A stretch of 64,000 bases of DNA from Lingula anatina (GCA_051362555.1 CM120640.1:51872788-51936787), one strand, 5' to 3'; shown: positions 13,294-25,927, counted from the stretch's first letter. Translations and numbers: made by a program. The notes: a model not told the origin generated them from the sequence alone.

Positions 13294-14490
13294 TTATACT
13301 GCTGTTCCATCCGTACTTGTCTGGCTATGACCCACTAGTTTCAATTGCTTATTATTAAGACTGCCATCTTTCACCAATAAACTGCCTCCAGGAAATCTCT
13401 TCACTCGGGTCGGACACACCCTGCTCAATAATTTACGATATCCCTCACGCACATCCCCCAGACGCACGCCATAGATGACAGGGTCACAGAGACTGTTGGC
13501 AAAGAAGACAAGGCTACATATCTGATGAAAAATTTTTATTGTTGGGTTATTGTTCTTCACATGAATTATCACTAATGCATCTGCTATTCCAGGAAACCAG
13601 AAAATAAAGATAGTTGCAAAGAGAATAGCAATAGTTGCATCCAGTTTGGCTGCTGGCTGCCGGCTTGGTTTAGAATCAGAGGAGTTACTCATGTGACTCT
13701 GAGTTTGTCGTTTATTGTATTTCATTTGTTTTTTGATTTCTCTATACATGATGACATAAATCACACTCACCCCACAACTGATGGCTATGAGTATTGTGGC
13801 ATAAGAGTACGATACAATTTGGCTATAGATGCCTTCATACATGTCGCAGGCAGATATATTTGGCAACTCCTGGTACAGTGCATATGGATATGCTATCCCA
13901 TGGATAAGAACAATCACACCAAAGACAACCAACCAAGATCCCAATATACAATAATTAATTCTCTTGTCAGTCACGATGCGGCCGTATTCCAGTGGTTTGA
14001 TCACTGCGATGTACTGGTTGACAACTAAAGCGGATGTGGCTAAGAGTGGTGCTAATAGAGACAAATAAGACACTTCCAAGAACACCCTGGCAGCACAGAT
14101 TGCAGGATGGGTATTTGTAAGGTTAAGAGCAGTGTAGATGTAGATGACTGTTCCAATCATTGCCAGGGTGGCAACTAGAAGGTCAGCCACAGCCAAATTG
14201 ATCAGCAGGTAGTGGAAAGCACATAAAGGCCGTCTGATATGAAGTAAAGCCAGTAAGGAAACAAAGTTTTCCAAGAATCCAGTGGCTGATAATACCAATC
14301 CAGCGGTTGTAAAGGGAACCTGTTCAAAGTGCTGGTCAGCTGTGGTGTTGCCTGATACATTTTCCCTCAAGAGTGTTGAATTTGGCGGGTGAAGTGCTGA
14401 AATCATTTCATTTATATCTACCATGCTGAGATTGTACATTATGACGTTGGCATTCACATTTGCCACTTTGTTTAAAGTTTCCGAGTCCAT
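13294..14490 (-). CDS. Intronless rhodopsin-family (class A) GPCR, melanocortin/MECA-like orphan, 398 aa
   Basis: Uninterrupted ORF with seven hydrophobic segments and N-terminal N-glycosylation sequons (NLS, NST, NVS, NTT). Motifs: TM1 GFLEN, TM2 NLAVAD, TM3 VVNQYIAVIKPLEY, TM4 W, TM5 Y, TM6 FWFP, TM7 NSLCDPVIY. Confidence 0.95.
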   Translation of the reverse strand: MDSETLNKVANVNANVIMYNLSMVDINEMISALHPPNSTLLRENVSGNTTADQHFEQVPFTTAGLVLSATGFLENFVSLLALLHIRRPLCAFHYLLINLAVADLLVATLAMIGTVIYIYTALNLTNTHPAICAARVFLEVSYLSLLAPLLATSALVVNQYIAVIKPLEYGRIVTDKRINYCILGSWLVVFGVIVLIHGIAYPYALYQELPNISACDMYEGIYSQIVSYSYATILIAISCGVSVIYVIMYREIKKQMKYNKRQTQSHMSNSSDSKPSRQPAAKLDATIAILFATIFIFWFPGIADALVIIHVKNNNPTIKIFHQICSLVFFANSLCDPVIYGVRLGDVREGYRKLLSRVCPTRVKRFPGGSLLVKDGSLNNKQLKLVGHSQTSTDGTAV

Positions 14491-14810
14491 ACGTGCTGCT
14501 TTTTTTAAAACATATATTCTCTTGGTCTTGAAATTTTTCTGAAATTATAGGATCATAGAGCTTGCCCAACTTGCATGCCAATGTTTAACTAACATAAAAC
14601 TGTCTTCTTTTCACTGGCAATTCCAACCACTGCGCTTTTCAACTTGTGACAATAACATTGCATGTTCTGATGACCCTTTCTTTACTTTTTTAAAGAACAT
14701 TGCCTGAGGCTACTGATGAACAAGTGTCCAACTTCCACGTTTGCTCTGCTGTAAGGATTGTGCCTGCAACATTTATCCTCTCTGGCATGCTTCACTGGTA
14801 CCTCCACTGG

Positions 14811-14840
14811 ATTGGCCAATATTTTAGCCAATTATCCAAT
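14811..14840. promoter_or_regulatory. CCAAT-box cluster upstream of the minus-strand GPCR
   Basis: ATTGG 14811-15 and CCAAT at 14816-20, 14828-32 and 14836-40. The cluster lies about 320-350 bp 5' of the ATG at 14490. Confidence 0.45.
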
Positions 14841-17405
14841 CACAGCTGCTCCACAATGAGAGTGGGCTGGAACTGGTATGCCGTATATCAACTGAGAACA
14901 CAATCATGACCTTCATGTACGGAGATAGCCAGAAGAAAACACACTACTGCTCTATCTAAAGGAACTAAAAGAAACTGCTGAACATAGCTGTTTCTAGTTT
15001 TATCACTGGCATATGTCCACATACATAATAGTGATTAGCCACCTTCTCAGTGGATGTTGGTACAATTAGCATGCAATGTGTTCTATATGCGGGCTACAAG
15101 GTTTCCTGTTCAAGCAAATAACAGGTATATTACCAGCTACTGAAATTTTCTATGTGCAGACATATTAAAGCAACAGGTTGAAGCAGCATATGCTTGGTAA
15201 CTGGCAATAAAACACATGAAGTCACAGTTGTTAATGAAATACTAGATAGTTCATCTCAGGCAGCATCATCTACCATATTGCTGTCACTGATTCTCTATAC
15301 CTAACTGCCTCTGCCTACAAGTATTTTCACTTGATCATTCCACTTAAGTGCCATTACATGCATAGCATGTCCCAAGAACCAGAAACTGATGTGGCATTCT
15401 CTGCAATAATGCCAACAGTAATTTGGGAGTAATGACGAGTGTAATGTCGTCAGTGTCACCAAAAGGAAGAGTACATTATATTAAGGTCTTCTCGGCATAA
15501 CCATAACAACAAGATATAATTAAAAGAATGGCGTTCAGGACATAAACAGTCTCAGTTTCATGGTAATCAATTTTGCAGTAAATGGTGATCAATAGAGATA
15601 TATTCCAGGATACATTATTAACTGATCTTTCATTAAACATTTTTTATTGGACTGGAAGTTTCTCTGATCAGTCAAGATAGACAAAGCTGTACATAAATTG
15701 TTTTCATTGCCCTTAAAGCAGCACAACTTGACCCAGCATTTAAAGGTAGCCTAGGCTATATACTATTATAAAAACGGGTTGGAATCTCATACTTGCAGGG
15801 CACTTTTGATTGCAATTTGCAACCTGGAAACTTGGGCCTCCTACACAGTTGCTACATATTTCATAATTTATCTCAATTTCTCTTCAGAAAGCCAACTGGG
15901 TTTCATAAAATTTCATTATGAATTAAAAGCAGTCAGTACTCATACAATAGAACCTTATTTTGAAAGTAATATCATTGTAAATGGACAGGACATTTTCATG
16001 AAATAAATACCATAATTTAGACTTTAAAAAGAAGTTAAAAGGATAATGGAATATGATTCCCAAACTTCATCAACCTCTGAAAATACATTACTTGATTTTG
16101 AGTAACAAAACACTCACTTTTCATGTTAGTAATCTAAGTCTTAAGTTACAAATCCATAAATTCCAATTTGAAATATTTAAATTACTCTAATTAAGATCTC
16201 ATTTTACAATTTTCCATCACTGCAGGATGTGATTAACTGGACTAAATAATTTAGGAGCTTTTTGTTATGGATCTAAATTTCAGTTCAATCACAATATTAT
16301 GTATTCATGTTTCTCATAATAAAATAATATGATGATTACCATAATTCACACCCTTTTTTGTATTCAGAATCTGCAATCCACTCTTTTATTTTGGTAGTAA
16401 AATAAAACAAATTACCAAATCAAAGCAGCACTGTTGGTTTCCAAAGAGTAAATCAAGCATGCACAAGGCCTGTGCTCAAACTAGCTAGTTTCCAAACAAA
16501 ACATAGCTTTAAATCAGGGGAAAACTTTCCATACAAGTATTTCTCCAGAGAGCTCAGTCTAGCCATCATCTGAACAGCAAGTTTCCTCAGACGGCCAGAA
16601 GGCATATACAAAATTTTGCTGATATGACCACTTGATTTGAAATTTGCCTGTTAAATTCCCAGAAGGCATTTTGAAGTATCTAGATTATTAGATGTGCCCA
16701 TTTCGACTAGCTGTTACCACAATCTTGAGGAAAGCCCTGCTTCTTAGGAAAAGATATTTTTATGTTACCAAAATGTCGTCAACAAATAAATAAAAAACAG
16801 AACCCCTTAATGTCCACTACATATGCAGACTATGAAAGTTCTATAACATGTCAACTGATAATCTTATAGTATATTACAGAATTTGAGGGTTGAGTATCTC
16901 TCTTACTTTTGCTATCAATTTAACACTTAGAGTCAAGTTAAATCAATAATCTGAGAACTAAGTGCTAAGCCATTTAACAGTTATGATATATGGCAATCAA
17001 CCATACAAAAAAAAAAAAAAAAAAAAAAAAGATTCCTAAAAAATACAGTATCCTCCATGTACCAGTAGGTAAATGAGGTGATAATAGCATCATTTCACAA
17101 TGAGAAGGAAGGAGGATAGTTCTCTAATCTTTACATTTCTTTAACTGAATATTCCTCCACACTAACAGATGAAAATGTAGAGGTTTCACTTCCTTTCATC
17201 ATATTTAAAGGAGTAAATCAATAAATTCTATCATCATAATCATTTCTCAGTGAAACAACTGTGTTGTCCCATGATAGACTGAAGAGGACATCAAAGGAAC
17301 ATGATGTCTGTGTGACCCCCTTATTTCATAATTGATTTTATCTTAATGTGTGAAGGCATGCAAACATATTTCTTAGGCAATTGTCTAATAAAGACATTGG
17401 TAATA

Positions 17406-17407
<2 letters not shown>

Positions 17408-17459
<52 letters not shown>

Positions 17460-17487
17460 AGAGAGAGAGAGAGAGAGAGAAAGAGAG
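17408..17487. repeat. Compound (TG)n/(GA)n microsatellite
   Basis: Direct reading of the sequence. Confidence 0.95.
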
Positions 17488-20400
17488 GGGGTTAACATGG
17501 TGCTTAAATATACAAAGTTGGCACATGGGGGCATGAAAACATAATGCACATAGTGTCAAATCATATATGTAAAAATATTTGGGTGTTCTTACAATTTGCT
17601 TTCTATTTAAGAGAGTTTGGATAAAATATCTAATATATTGTGTTTGTTGTTCAGCAATTAATATTGCAACCGTGCTAATATACTGCATCATTCATGTTTT
17701 ATTAATCTTCTTCACAAAACAGTCATCCCCATTAAAATAGAATATACATATTATGTCCAATCATATATCTTATTGAAAAAATCCATAGAAAAAATAAATA
17801 AAAAAGACCAAAATATTATCCATTTTTCATTACGTGTGTCAACATCTTCCGTGATATCAAGTTAAGGCTCATTTAACTTTTTGTAATACTACTGAGCAAT
17901 AACAAATTAAAAATAAATGCCAGCTACTTGCAAACAAACACCTGTGCAGAAGATCAAGTGGAACAAAGAGGCTATCAAGCATGAAAATCTAAAGAACTGG
18001 TATGTTTTTCAGTCAATTCAGGCAGTTTAAATGAACAATGCCAGATTCCATTACAGTCTTCTACCTTTCATTCCCACTCAACTTATCAATCAATAACAAT
18101 TCCCACTTCTACTCCTACTAGATGGGAATTATATGCAGTTATTTTTTCCCTCCCTCTTTCCTTTTTGTATTCTATTGTTTCTCTATAGCCTTTACACAAA
18201 TTGTTAGTCTGTTTACATGATTAAATGCCTTTTTGCCATATTTTTGACATCCAGACTGTTTTTGTTATTGTCACTGGTAATCAAGCTAGTTTAAGTAAGG
18301 ATGTTTGAATGTACAGTTTGATGACAGGTGCTGTAATCACTAGGGTTTCATCCATTCAAATTTGGTAGTAAAAACAATTTCAACCAAGGGCGGTTTGATT
18401 GACACCTTCATGCAGAAAAATTATATATTTAAAACATAAGGTTTAGAAATAAAAGTTTTGAAAATCACAGTCTGTTTAATCATGGAAATACATCGTATAA
18501 AATCAAAGACAGTTGTGTGATATGGAAATGGAATTTAATTTCAGCTCAGGGGCATGATTTTGTCCTTCATGGTTGCTTACTAATTGCTAGGAATTCTGTA
18601 AGCTTTTCTCTGCAGAGACCAAGCTCTGCTTGCAAACATCTATTTCAAAATTTGATAATGTTTAAATGGATGAAAAACAAAGGGTATGAAGTCTGGTGAG
18701 ATTGACCATTAGATTTGTAAACAGCACATTTTTTTCACAATGGCAATTGTGAGTCATATCCATTTGTGTCACTTTTTAAGTAGAGAAATGAAATTGGTAA
18801 AATCATGGTAATAAGCCTTATTCTTTAAAGATACATCTGAAGTGAGAGTAAAGTCCTGTAATGTATAAAAATTATAATTTTTATAAACAGTTTTTTAAAC
18901 AGAAATAAAACCCACATGCAAAAAAGCTGACCAAAATTAATCTTCAGGGCAGCAGAAAAAGGATTTAAAACTGCACTTTCTTTAAATTTTTGGCCATAAA
19001 TTTCCTTCATTCTCCTTCAGTCCATTAAGCACACAAAATAAGCAGGAAATATATAAGGAAATATCGTTATTTTGGAAAATAATGAAACAAAACCCTGTGG
19101 TATTTCTTAAAGTAATACCATTTGAACATAATGGTGGCATTTGGTCAGATTTAGCGTCAATAATTTGAACATGCATCTTTAAACCCAATTAACCATACAT
19201 ATAAAAAACAAGTGTCTGCTCATTATTTGGACACAAAACTGTCATAAATAAACATGTTTTCCAGGTATTCCATGAAACATGGACAGACTTCCATCTCCTA
19301 CTGACCTTATTTTACCAAGTTCCAAACTCAAAGATAAATCTAATAACACCCATTTTTAAGACCACTTTTTTTGTTTAACTAAGCCTTTGGATTTGAACAT
19401 TTCTTGAATTTCTTTTTGTATTTAAGAATACAATTGCTTATTTGAGGTAGTAATTTTATTAAAATGATGTAACACTTCCATACAAAAGTGCTGGCTATAC
19501 AAAAATTTGGAAGATTTAGTAACCCCCCCCCCCAAAAAAAAAAAAAAAAAAAAAAAAAAGATCCACATCATTGGAAAACTGAAGCCTCATTCTACACACC
19601 ACTGAGTCCAATATAAACTTAATGTGATTCCACTTTTGTAGGAATCCTGGCTTAATTACAGAGTGCAGGAAAAAGACACCCTCCCAAATAATAAACTGAA
19701 AAAGACTGAAATACCCAATCATGTTAGTACAGCATACAGAGGGAGAGAGGGAAAAATAAGACAATCAAAGAATCGGCAAAGCATGCAGCTGCTGGGATTG
19801 CACTATCTTTCATCTTTCATGAAATACAGTGCTATGGCATGCACACCTGCACTGCAACAATTTTCTATCATGATCTAAATATATTGCAGCAAGGAGAACA
19901 ATAGCATTGCTGTAAGAAATCCAATAATGCAGTTATCTGTCTGTTTATTGCCTTAGAAAAACACTGTTCCATGCACTACACAGTTTTGATAACTAAATTC
20001 TGATATGTACTTATTGGTGAGGCCATAATAGGGCACAGTGTCATAGGTTTTCTATGAATGCCATGTTCATGTATAACAAACTCAAGCAAGATTAAATTGC
20101 CAACAGTGAAAAACTAGTAAAAGCAGTTCTGACAGTGAGTTGGGCAAAACTGGCTACTTAAACAAAATAAAATACAATGATGCTTTTTGTCAGACCATCA
20201 CATCTTTCAATTATTAACAATTAGGGGAAGAAATCAGAGATATCAGACTTCACTGAACTATTTTACTGATAGCTGAGGCTAGTTATTGTTCAAAAAAACA
20301 GTTTAACTTCTTTTGAGTCTGGGTTTAAATCGAAAATTCTTTCTGTCTGTTATTTTTTGTAAACATTTGAAACAGATTCCTCTGCAATTCTGTAAAGAAA

Positions 20401-23267
20401 TATTATCCAGATGGCATCACCTGTACATGCATGCTATGGCATTTACTGGTTTGATAAAAATTACCTACGACAGACAGCAAGTAGCAGCCAACCAAGTACT
20501 CAACCTAACAGGCATTAACATACTGAAATTTGGTGACTGACAAGTATAAGTCGAATATCCTCTTCGAGTAATTAAAATATTTTCATAATCACCCCTTTTT
20601 TCAAGAGTGTCAATGCCTTAGAGAACTTGAAACTTGAATTGATATTCAAAATGCTGTCTAGAAGAATGTAAAAAGAAAAAAAAAAGAAAAATATATGTAA
20701 AAGCACTGTTCTGAGTAGGATTCGCATTGTAAATTTTACAAGCTCTACTATGTCTCTGATGCTACCAAAGCAGGGAACATGCTACTATCTTATCTGACAA
20801 AATTCATCTAAGATAAAAAAAAAAAATTGGCATTCTCAAAAAGAAACCTGTCAATTTTGTGAATCTTGGAAAAAAAGCTTTTTGGTCCCTCATGCAAATT
20901 ACAATACTATCTCTGTATAACATGTCATATGAGTTGAGATTCTGCAGAAATGTCTTATCAAAGAAGATGAGGAGAAATGAACATGTCGTTAACAGGTTAT
21001 GGATGTGCACAAAGGTATTCCATTTCCATTCATGAACTCCATAAATTAAGAACATGTGACCGGTTGGGAAATCAGACAGAAGCTTTAGATTCCCATGAAC
21101 CCACAAAATATATCTTGACATTTACAGATTTTGATGAGAAATATGGTATGGTTTTTCACATTTTCTTTGATTCAAATTGAAGCCGTACAGGCCTGTGTTG
21201 CCAATCCATCTTTAAAACTCCTATATTTAGGTCTAACCACTGATCTACTGCCTAAAATACATGGCCAGGTAGGGTGCAGTCTAATGCATGCCAATCACAA
21301 GTCAAAGTAGGTGCAACCGTGTGTTTCCCTTGATAAATGAAGTACTATGGTCAAACCGCACACTTATTCTCATATTCACTGAAAATGCTCATTCAGAGGA
21401 AATGAGGATGAAAAATGAAAATGGAAAAGGTGATGCAAAAACCATCACAAAACATTCCCATAGGAGACATTACTCCTGGTGTCATTTCATTAATAAAGAC
21501 ATGCTGTTTGCACGAGCTGCATCAAGCAAAGAGTATGCCCTGCACATGTTCTGGTAATGAGCTATTTGATTTATACTTTTCTTAAGTACACAGTGGCAAT
21601 AATTTGGCGTTTGATATATTGTATGATTCACATGTTTTCTGAAGTAAGCAGCACCTTTATTTAGAAAGTTTCCATCCTACAAACCAACACATCCTACAGA
21701 GAACCAATTATACTCTCATAATGCAGATAGTGCCTTTTCCTCGTTAATTTAAAAACCATTTACCAAACTTCTAGACAAACAGTTGAGTTTATGGTACAAA
21801 CTTTTCCAGAAATTCTTGCCAGATACTTTCTTAATTCAAGCCCCTAGTGCACATCGCAACCATTAATGTTAGCTCTGAACATGAGAAGAAACTAATAATT
21901 ATCACTTGTTTTTTGTTACCACGTGATTTTACTTTCCAAAAAAGAAGAGTATTGATTGTACACTAGATATGAAAATTATAAAGCATTTGCAATCCTGTAG
22001 AGACATCATTAAACTTATCAAGCCTCATGCTTCATTGGTCACATTACTGGATCTGTGCTTTTTTCAACCATACAGCACTAATGCTTCCTGTAACCTACCA
22101 TATCACTTTCTAAAGACAGACAGGAAGACATCTCAGATATGTGATAACTGGCACAGGATAATGGCTACTTGCTTCACAGCCCATCATATTTCATAAACTT
22201 CAAGCTTATCAGATCTTTTGCACTTTTTCCTGTCCTTTTGTGTAGTGTATAACTGCTGGCAACAAATGTTGTCCAAAACTGTCACGAAAAAAAAAAAAAA
22301 AAAAAAAAAAAGAACGTATAAATGTCAAGCAGCAGTAATCAAATGAGTTATGCTACATTTCATAAAGCCAAAGAACAACAATTGTTAAAGTTCACATCCA
22401 AGGTGCCACATGACCGTAGATGTCTTAGGATTGCTCAAAGCATTGGTTTAATTTGATTGCCAATGATGGTTCTAAGGACAATACTTTTCAATCTTTTTCA
22501 GGACATCTATACAAAAAGAACTCCCTGTTCATCTGGAGTCAAGGATTTAAGTCTTGACATTAGACACACCTAAAGGATAAATCAATGGAAGAAAGGTTTG
22601 AAAAAACTAATGTCGCTGTTCTCGTAAGAAGTGAAGAAAGAAAGACAATACTTTTACTTTGAAAAAAAAAATTTTTAATGACTTACGAAAACAGGTACTT
22701 ATTTCCAGGTTTTCAAGACCTTATAAAAGATATCCAGGGCTCAATATTAGTGGTAGCCCTCTAGCCCTGAGGTAGTTGACTGCCAGGCCAGGCTACCAGG
22801 TTCTGCCTGCCAGGAGATGGCTTCGGCTACCTACGATTTTGTCAGCATAGTCAACATCAGTGACAAGCCTGACCAACTTTTTGCAACAAAGCATGTGTTA
22901 CAATGCCTGCACAATCTTATTGCCAAATTTGTACGGAAGCGTATAAGTGCCACAACACACAACAAAATCACTCAACACACAACACAATTTCAACACGACA
23001 CATTTAACTTCCCGACACAACACCAAAGAAAATCGCAACACAACACATTAACTTCTCGACACAACAGAAATAGATGGCGCTTTCGGTGTGGACGTCTTAG
23101 AAAAGCCACGAAAACCCACAACGATTCTGTAATTGTTTCCTTATTTTCTCAAGGCATTTATAATAATGTGTCACTTTGGGGTCCAGTAAAAGCTCACTTT
23201 TGATAACATTGTACTACAGAGAAGTTTTATTATCAGATAATTTGTTGTGAATGTTGCGTATTCTATG

Positions 23268-23313
<46 letters not shown>

Positions 23314-23727
23314 TGAGGGGGGGGGAGGGTATTATTGATGTTTAGAGTATTGAAGCCGGGAGATATATTAGCTATGGACAATCGGTGCGGATTTGACGGA
23401 AAATATAAGTGGATAATTATGAAACTTCAGAAAATTTTCTTCACTTATAAATAGTAACACTTATAAATAGTAATTCAAATTATCAGCTGACCTGAAAAAT
23501 AGTATACCGTGAATCTAAAACAAAAAAACAAACCCAAAATTACAGAAAATAAGAATAATTAATTAAAATTAAAAGTAATAAAAATAATTTAAAAACTACA
23601 GCTAGTGTTCTAATTGTACTCAGACCGACCAATGTCATATGTGACAATTTATACATTCAGTGCACATCTGTACTTCATTAACTAGCATTTCATAGTAAAT
23701 AGTAACACTGAACTTGTAATTTGACAC

Positions 23728-24899
23728 AGAGCGCTGAAGTTAGTGTCTAGTTTCTAGTTTCCAGTTTCATTTTTTAAAAACGAACCTGGCAACCAGAAAC
23801 TAGTGTCTTTTTCAAAAACGAACCTGGCAACCAGAAACTAGTTTCGTTTTTCAAATACCATGCTGAGAAGCCAGAATAATTTTTCCGGAGAGAAACAGGG
23901 GTGAGCAGAGGGAGAGGCAACCAGCGGTGTGCGTGTACCGCGACTAGGTAACTCTCACTGTGAAAGCCGGACAGGGTGTTACGGTCTCTGCTCACCGTGC
24001 GCTGAGACCGAGGCGGTCGCCGATCATTGCCTACGGCGCACAAGGAGCTTTCACCGCCGATGCCGGGCAGAGTATTCAGGGAGTTTTGTTTTTTCTCGCC
24101 ATGTACTGAAGACTAGATGACCGCCTCTACGAGGCACAGGCCGCCTTTACAGCGAAAACCGTGAAGGGTGTTTTGGTGGGGTTGGGGGTTGGCGGAAGAG
24201 AGTGAGGAGGGGGAAGGGCCCCCAGGTTCTTCCTTTGTAGTTTGTGGTATCATTTTTAATTTTATTGAAAAAGAAAGATTCTGGCTTTTCAGAATCGTTT
24301 TTTTTAAAAAAGACACCTATTTCATTGACCGCTACTGTCTCGGTCTCAGCACACGGCGAGAAGAGAACGTATAACACCCTTTCCAACTTCCGCAGAGAAG
24401 GTTACCTGGTCACGGTAGACTTAAATCGCGCGTTGCCTCTACTCTGTCCACTCCTGTTTCTCCCCGTAAAAAACTATTCTGGCTTCTTAGAATCGTTTTT
24501 GAAGAACGAAACTAGTTTCTGGCTGCCAGAATCGTTTTTTAAAAAAAACGACACTGCTTTTTGGGCATCTAACCCAACCTAACCCTCAACCCCGCCTTCT
24601 CCCACCAACCTAAACACCCTGCAAGGCTTCCGCAGTGAAGGCTTCTTGTGCACTGTAGACGCCTATTAGAGGGTGAAATTGTCCACGGTGAGGGTTTAAC
24701 TGGTCGCGGTAGAAAATAATTTTCACAGGTTGCCTCTCACTTCCTCCGCTCCTGTTTCTCTTTGCAAGAACGATTTTGGCTTCTCAGAATCTTTTTTGAA
24801 AAACGATACTAGTTTCTGGCTGCCAGAATCGTTTTTCGAAAAACGACTCTGGTTTCTGGGCATTAGAATCGTTTTTGAAAAACGAAACTTCAGCGCTCT
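23728..24899. mobile_element. Nested foldback-type element with a 9-bp TSD (MULE/Mutator-like)
   Basis: Ends AGAGCGCTGAAGTT / AACTTCAGCGCTCT, flanked by ATTTGACAC at 23719-23727 and 24900-24908. Modular subterminal repeats (CTGGCAACCAGAAACTAGT and its inverse ACTAGTTTCTGGCTGCCAG). GC/CpG-rich. Confidence 0.75.
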
Positions 24900-24953
24900 A
24901 TTTGACACTGCATACACTATTTGACACTTCCAAATTAAACTGAATAAAACAAA

Positions 24954-25239
24954 ACTTGTTCCTGTGCTCACATGAATTGAAATTCCAATATTGTAACAGC
25001 CAGATAGACAACATGTTATTTTTAACAGTATTTAATGTTTTTATGCTATTATTTATAAATTAATTATATAGAACACCCCTTGAGATTACATGCTTACAAG
25101 CATAAGGAGCAAAATTGCAAGTGTTAGAAAACATTTACTGAACTAATTTATTTAGATAAGATACATTGCATTGATTATCAAATGTTTATGTTGCATTTAC
25201 AATATTAGAATTTCAATTTATGTGAGCACAGGAACAAGT
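24954..25239. repeat. 43-bp inverted repeat pair (small MITE or internal hairpin of the host element)
   Basis: ACTTGTTCCTGTGCTCACATGAATTGAAATTCCAATATTGTAA at 24954 matches the reverse complement of 25197-25239 with 2 mismatches. No clear TSD. Confidence 0.75.
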
Positions 25240-25927
25240 AACGATATATCCCCCGGCTTCAATACTCTAAACATTAATACCCCCCCCCTCCCTTCAATAC
25301 ACACACACACACACTCAGCATAGAATATGCAACATTCACAACAGATTATCTGATATTAAAACTACTCTGTAATACAATGTTTTCAAAAGTGCGCTTTCCT
25401 GGACCCAAAAGTGACACATTATTGTGAATGCCTTGAGAAAATAAGGAAACAATCACAGAATCGTTCTGTGGGTTTTCGCGGCTTTTCTAAGACGTCCGTG
25501 CCGAAAGCGCCATCTATTTCCGTTGTGTCGAGAAGTGAATGTGTTGTGTTGCGATTTTCTTTGGTGTTGTGTCGAGAAATTAAATGTGTTGAGTTGAAAT
25601 TGTGTTGTGTGTTGAGTGATTTTGTTGTTTGTTGTGGCACTTATACGCTTCCATAAATTTGTTAGTTGTCTCCTTCAAACCTGTCAAACATTGCAAAGGG
25701 AAAATTGATTCACATAGCAGGCTGATATAATAACACCTTACCATAAATATATGTAGATATTTCATTATTTGCAATTATGGGGAAAGTAAACAATCAGACG
25801 GTAAATTAAGGTCAACACCATGTGACTTGTTTTCGGTTTCTTTTAGTACAAGTGTCAGCAGTTGTTCACAATTATATGGCTTGTTCATATGTATTAAGAT
25901 GGTAAATATAATATTTATTAGACTTAA

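Larger units (their letters stand above)
22932..25655. mobile_element. Non-autonomous DNA transposon with ~0.4 kb TIRs and a 6-bp TSD, IS3EU-like
   Basis: Left TIR ~22932-23368 (TACGGAAGCGTATAAGTGCCACAAC...) is the reverse complement of right TIR ~25244-25655 (...GTGGCACTTATACGCTTCCATA). Identical AATTTG flanks at 22926-22931 and 25656-25661. TAY...RTA termini with a 6-bp TSD are the described IS3EU signature. Confidence 0.85.

Noticed and set aside
13693-14028. 111-aa plus-strand ORF (and 35132-35347 on the minus strand)
   Set aside because: Antisense shadows of the GPCR coding sequences.
23770-23850. Direct repeats considered as a CRISPR-like array
   Set aside because: Eukaryotic context, only two abutting units and no unique spacers. 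They are transposon subterminal repeats.
23774-24971. Cluster of ORFs in the GC-rich nested element
   Set aside because: Translations mirror the modular repeats (FLKNETSFWLP recurs) and show no transposase motifs.
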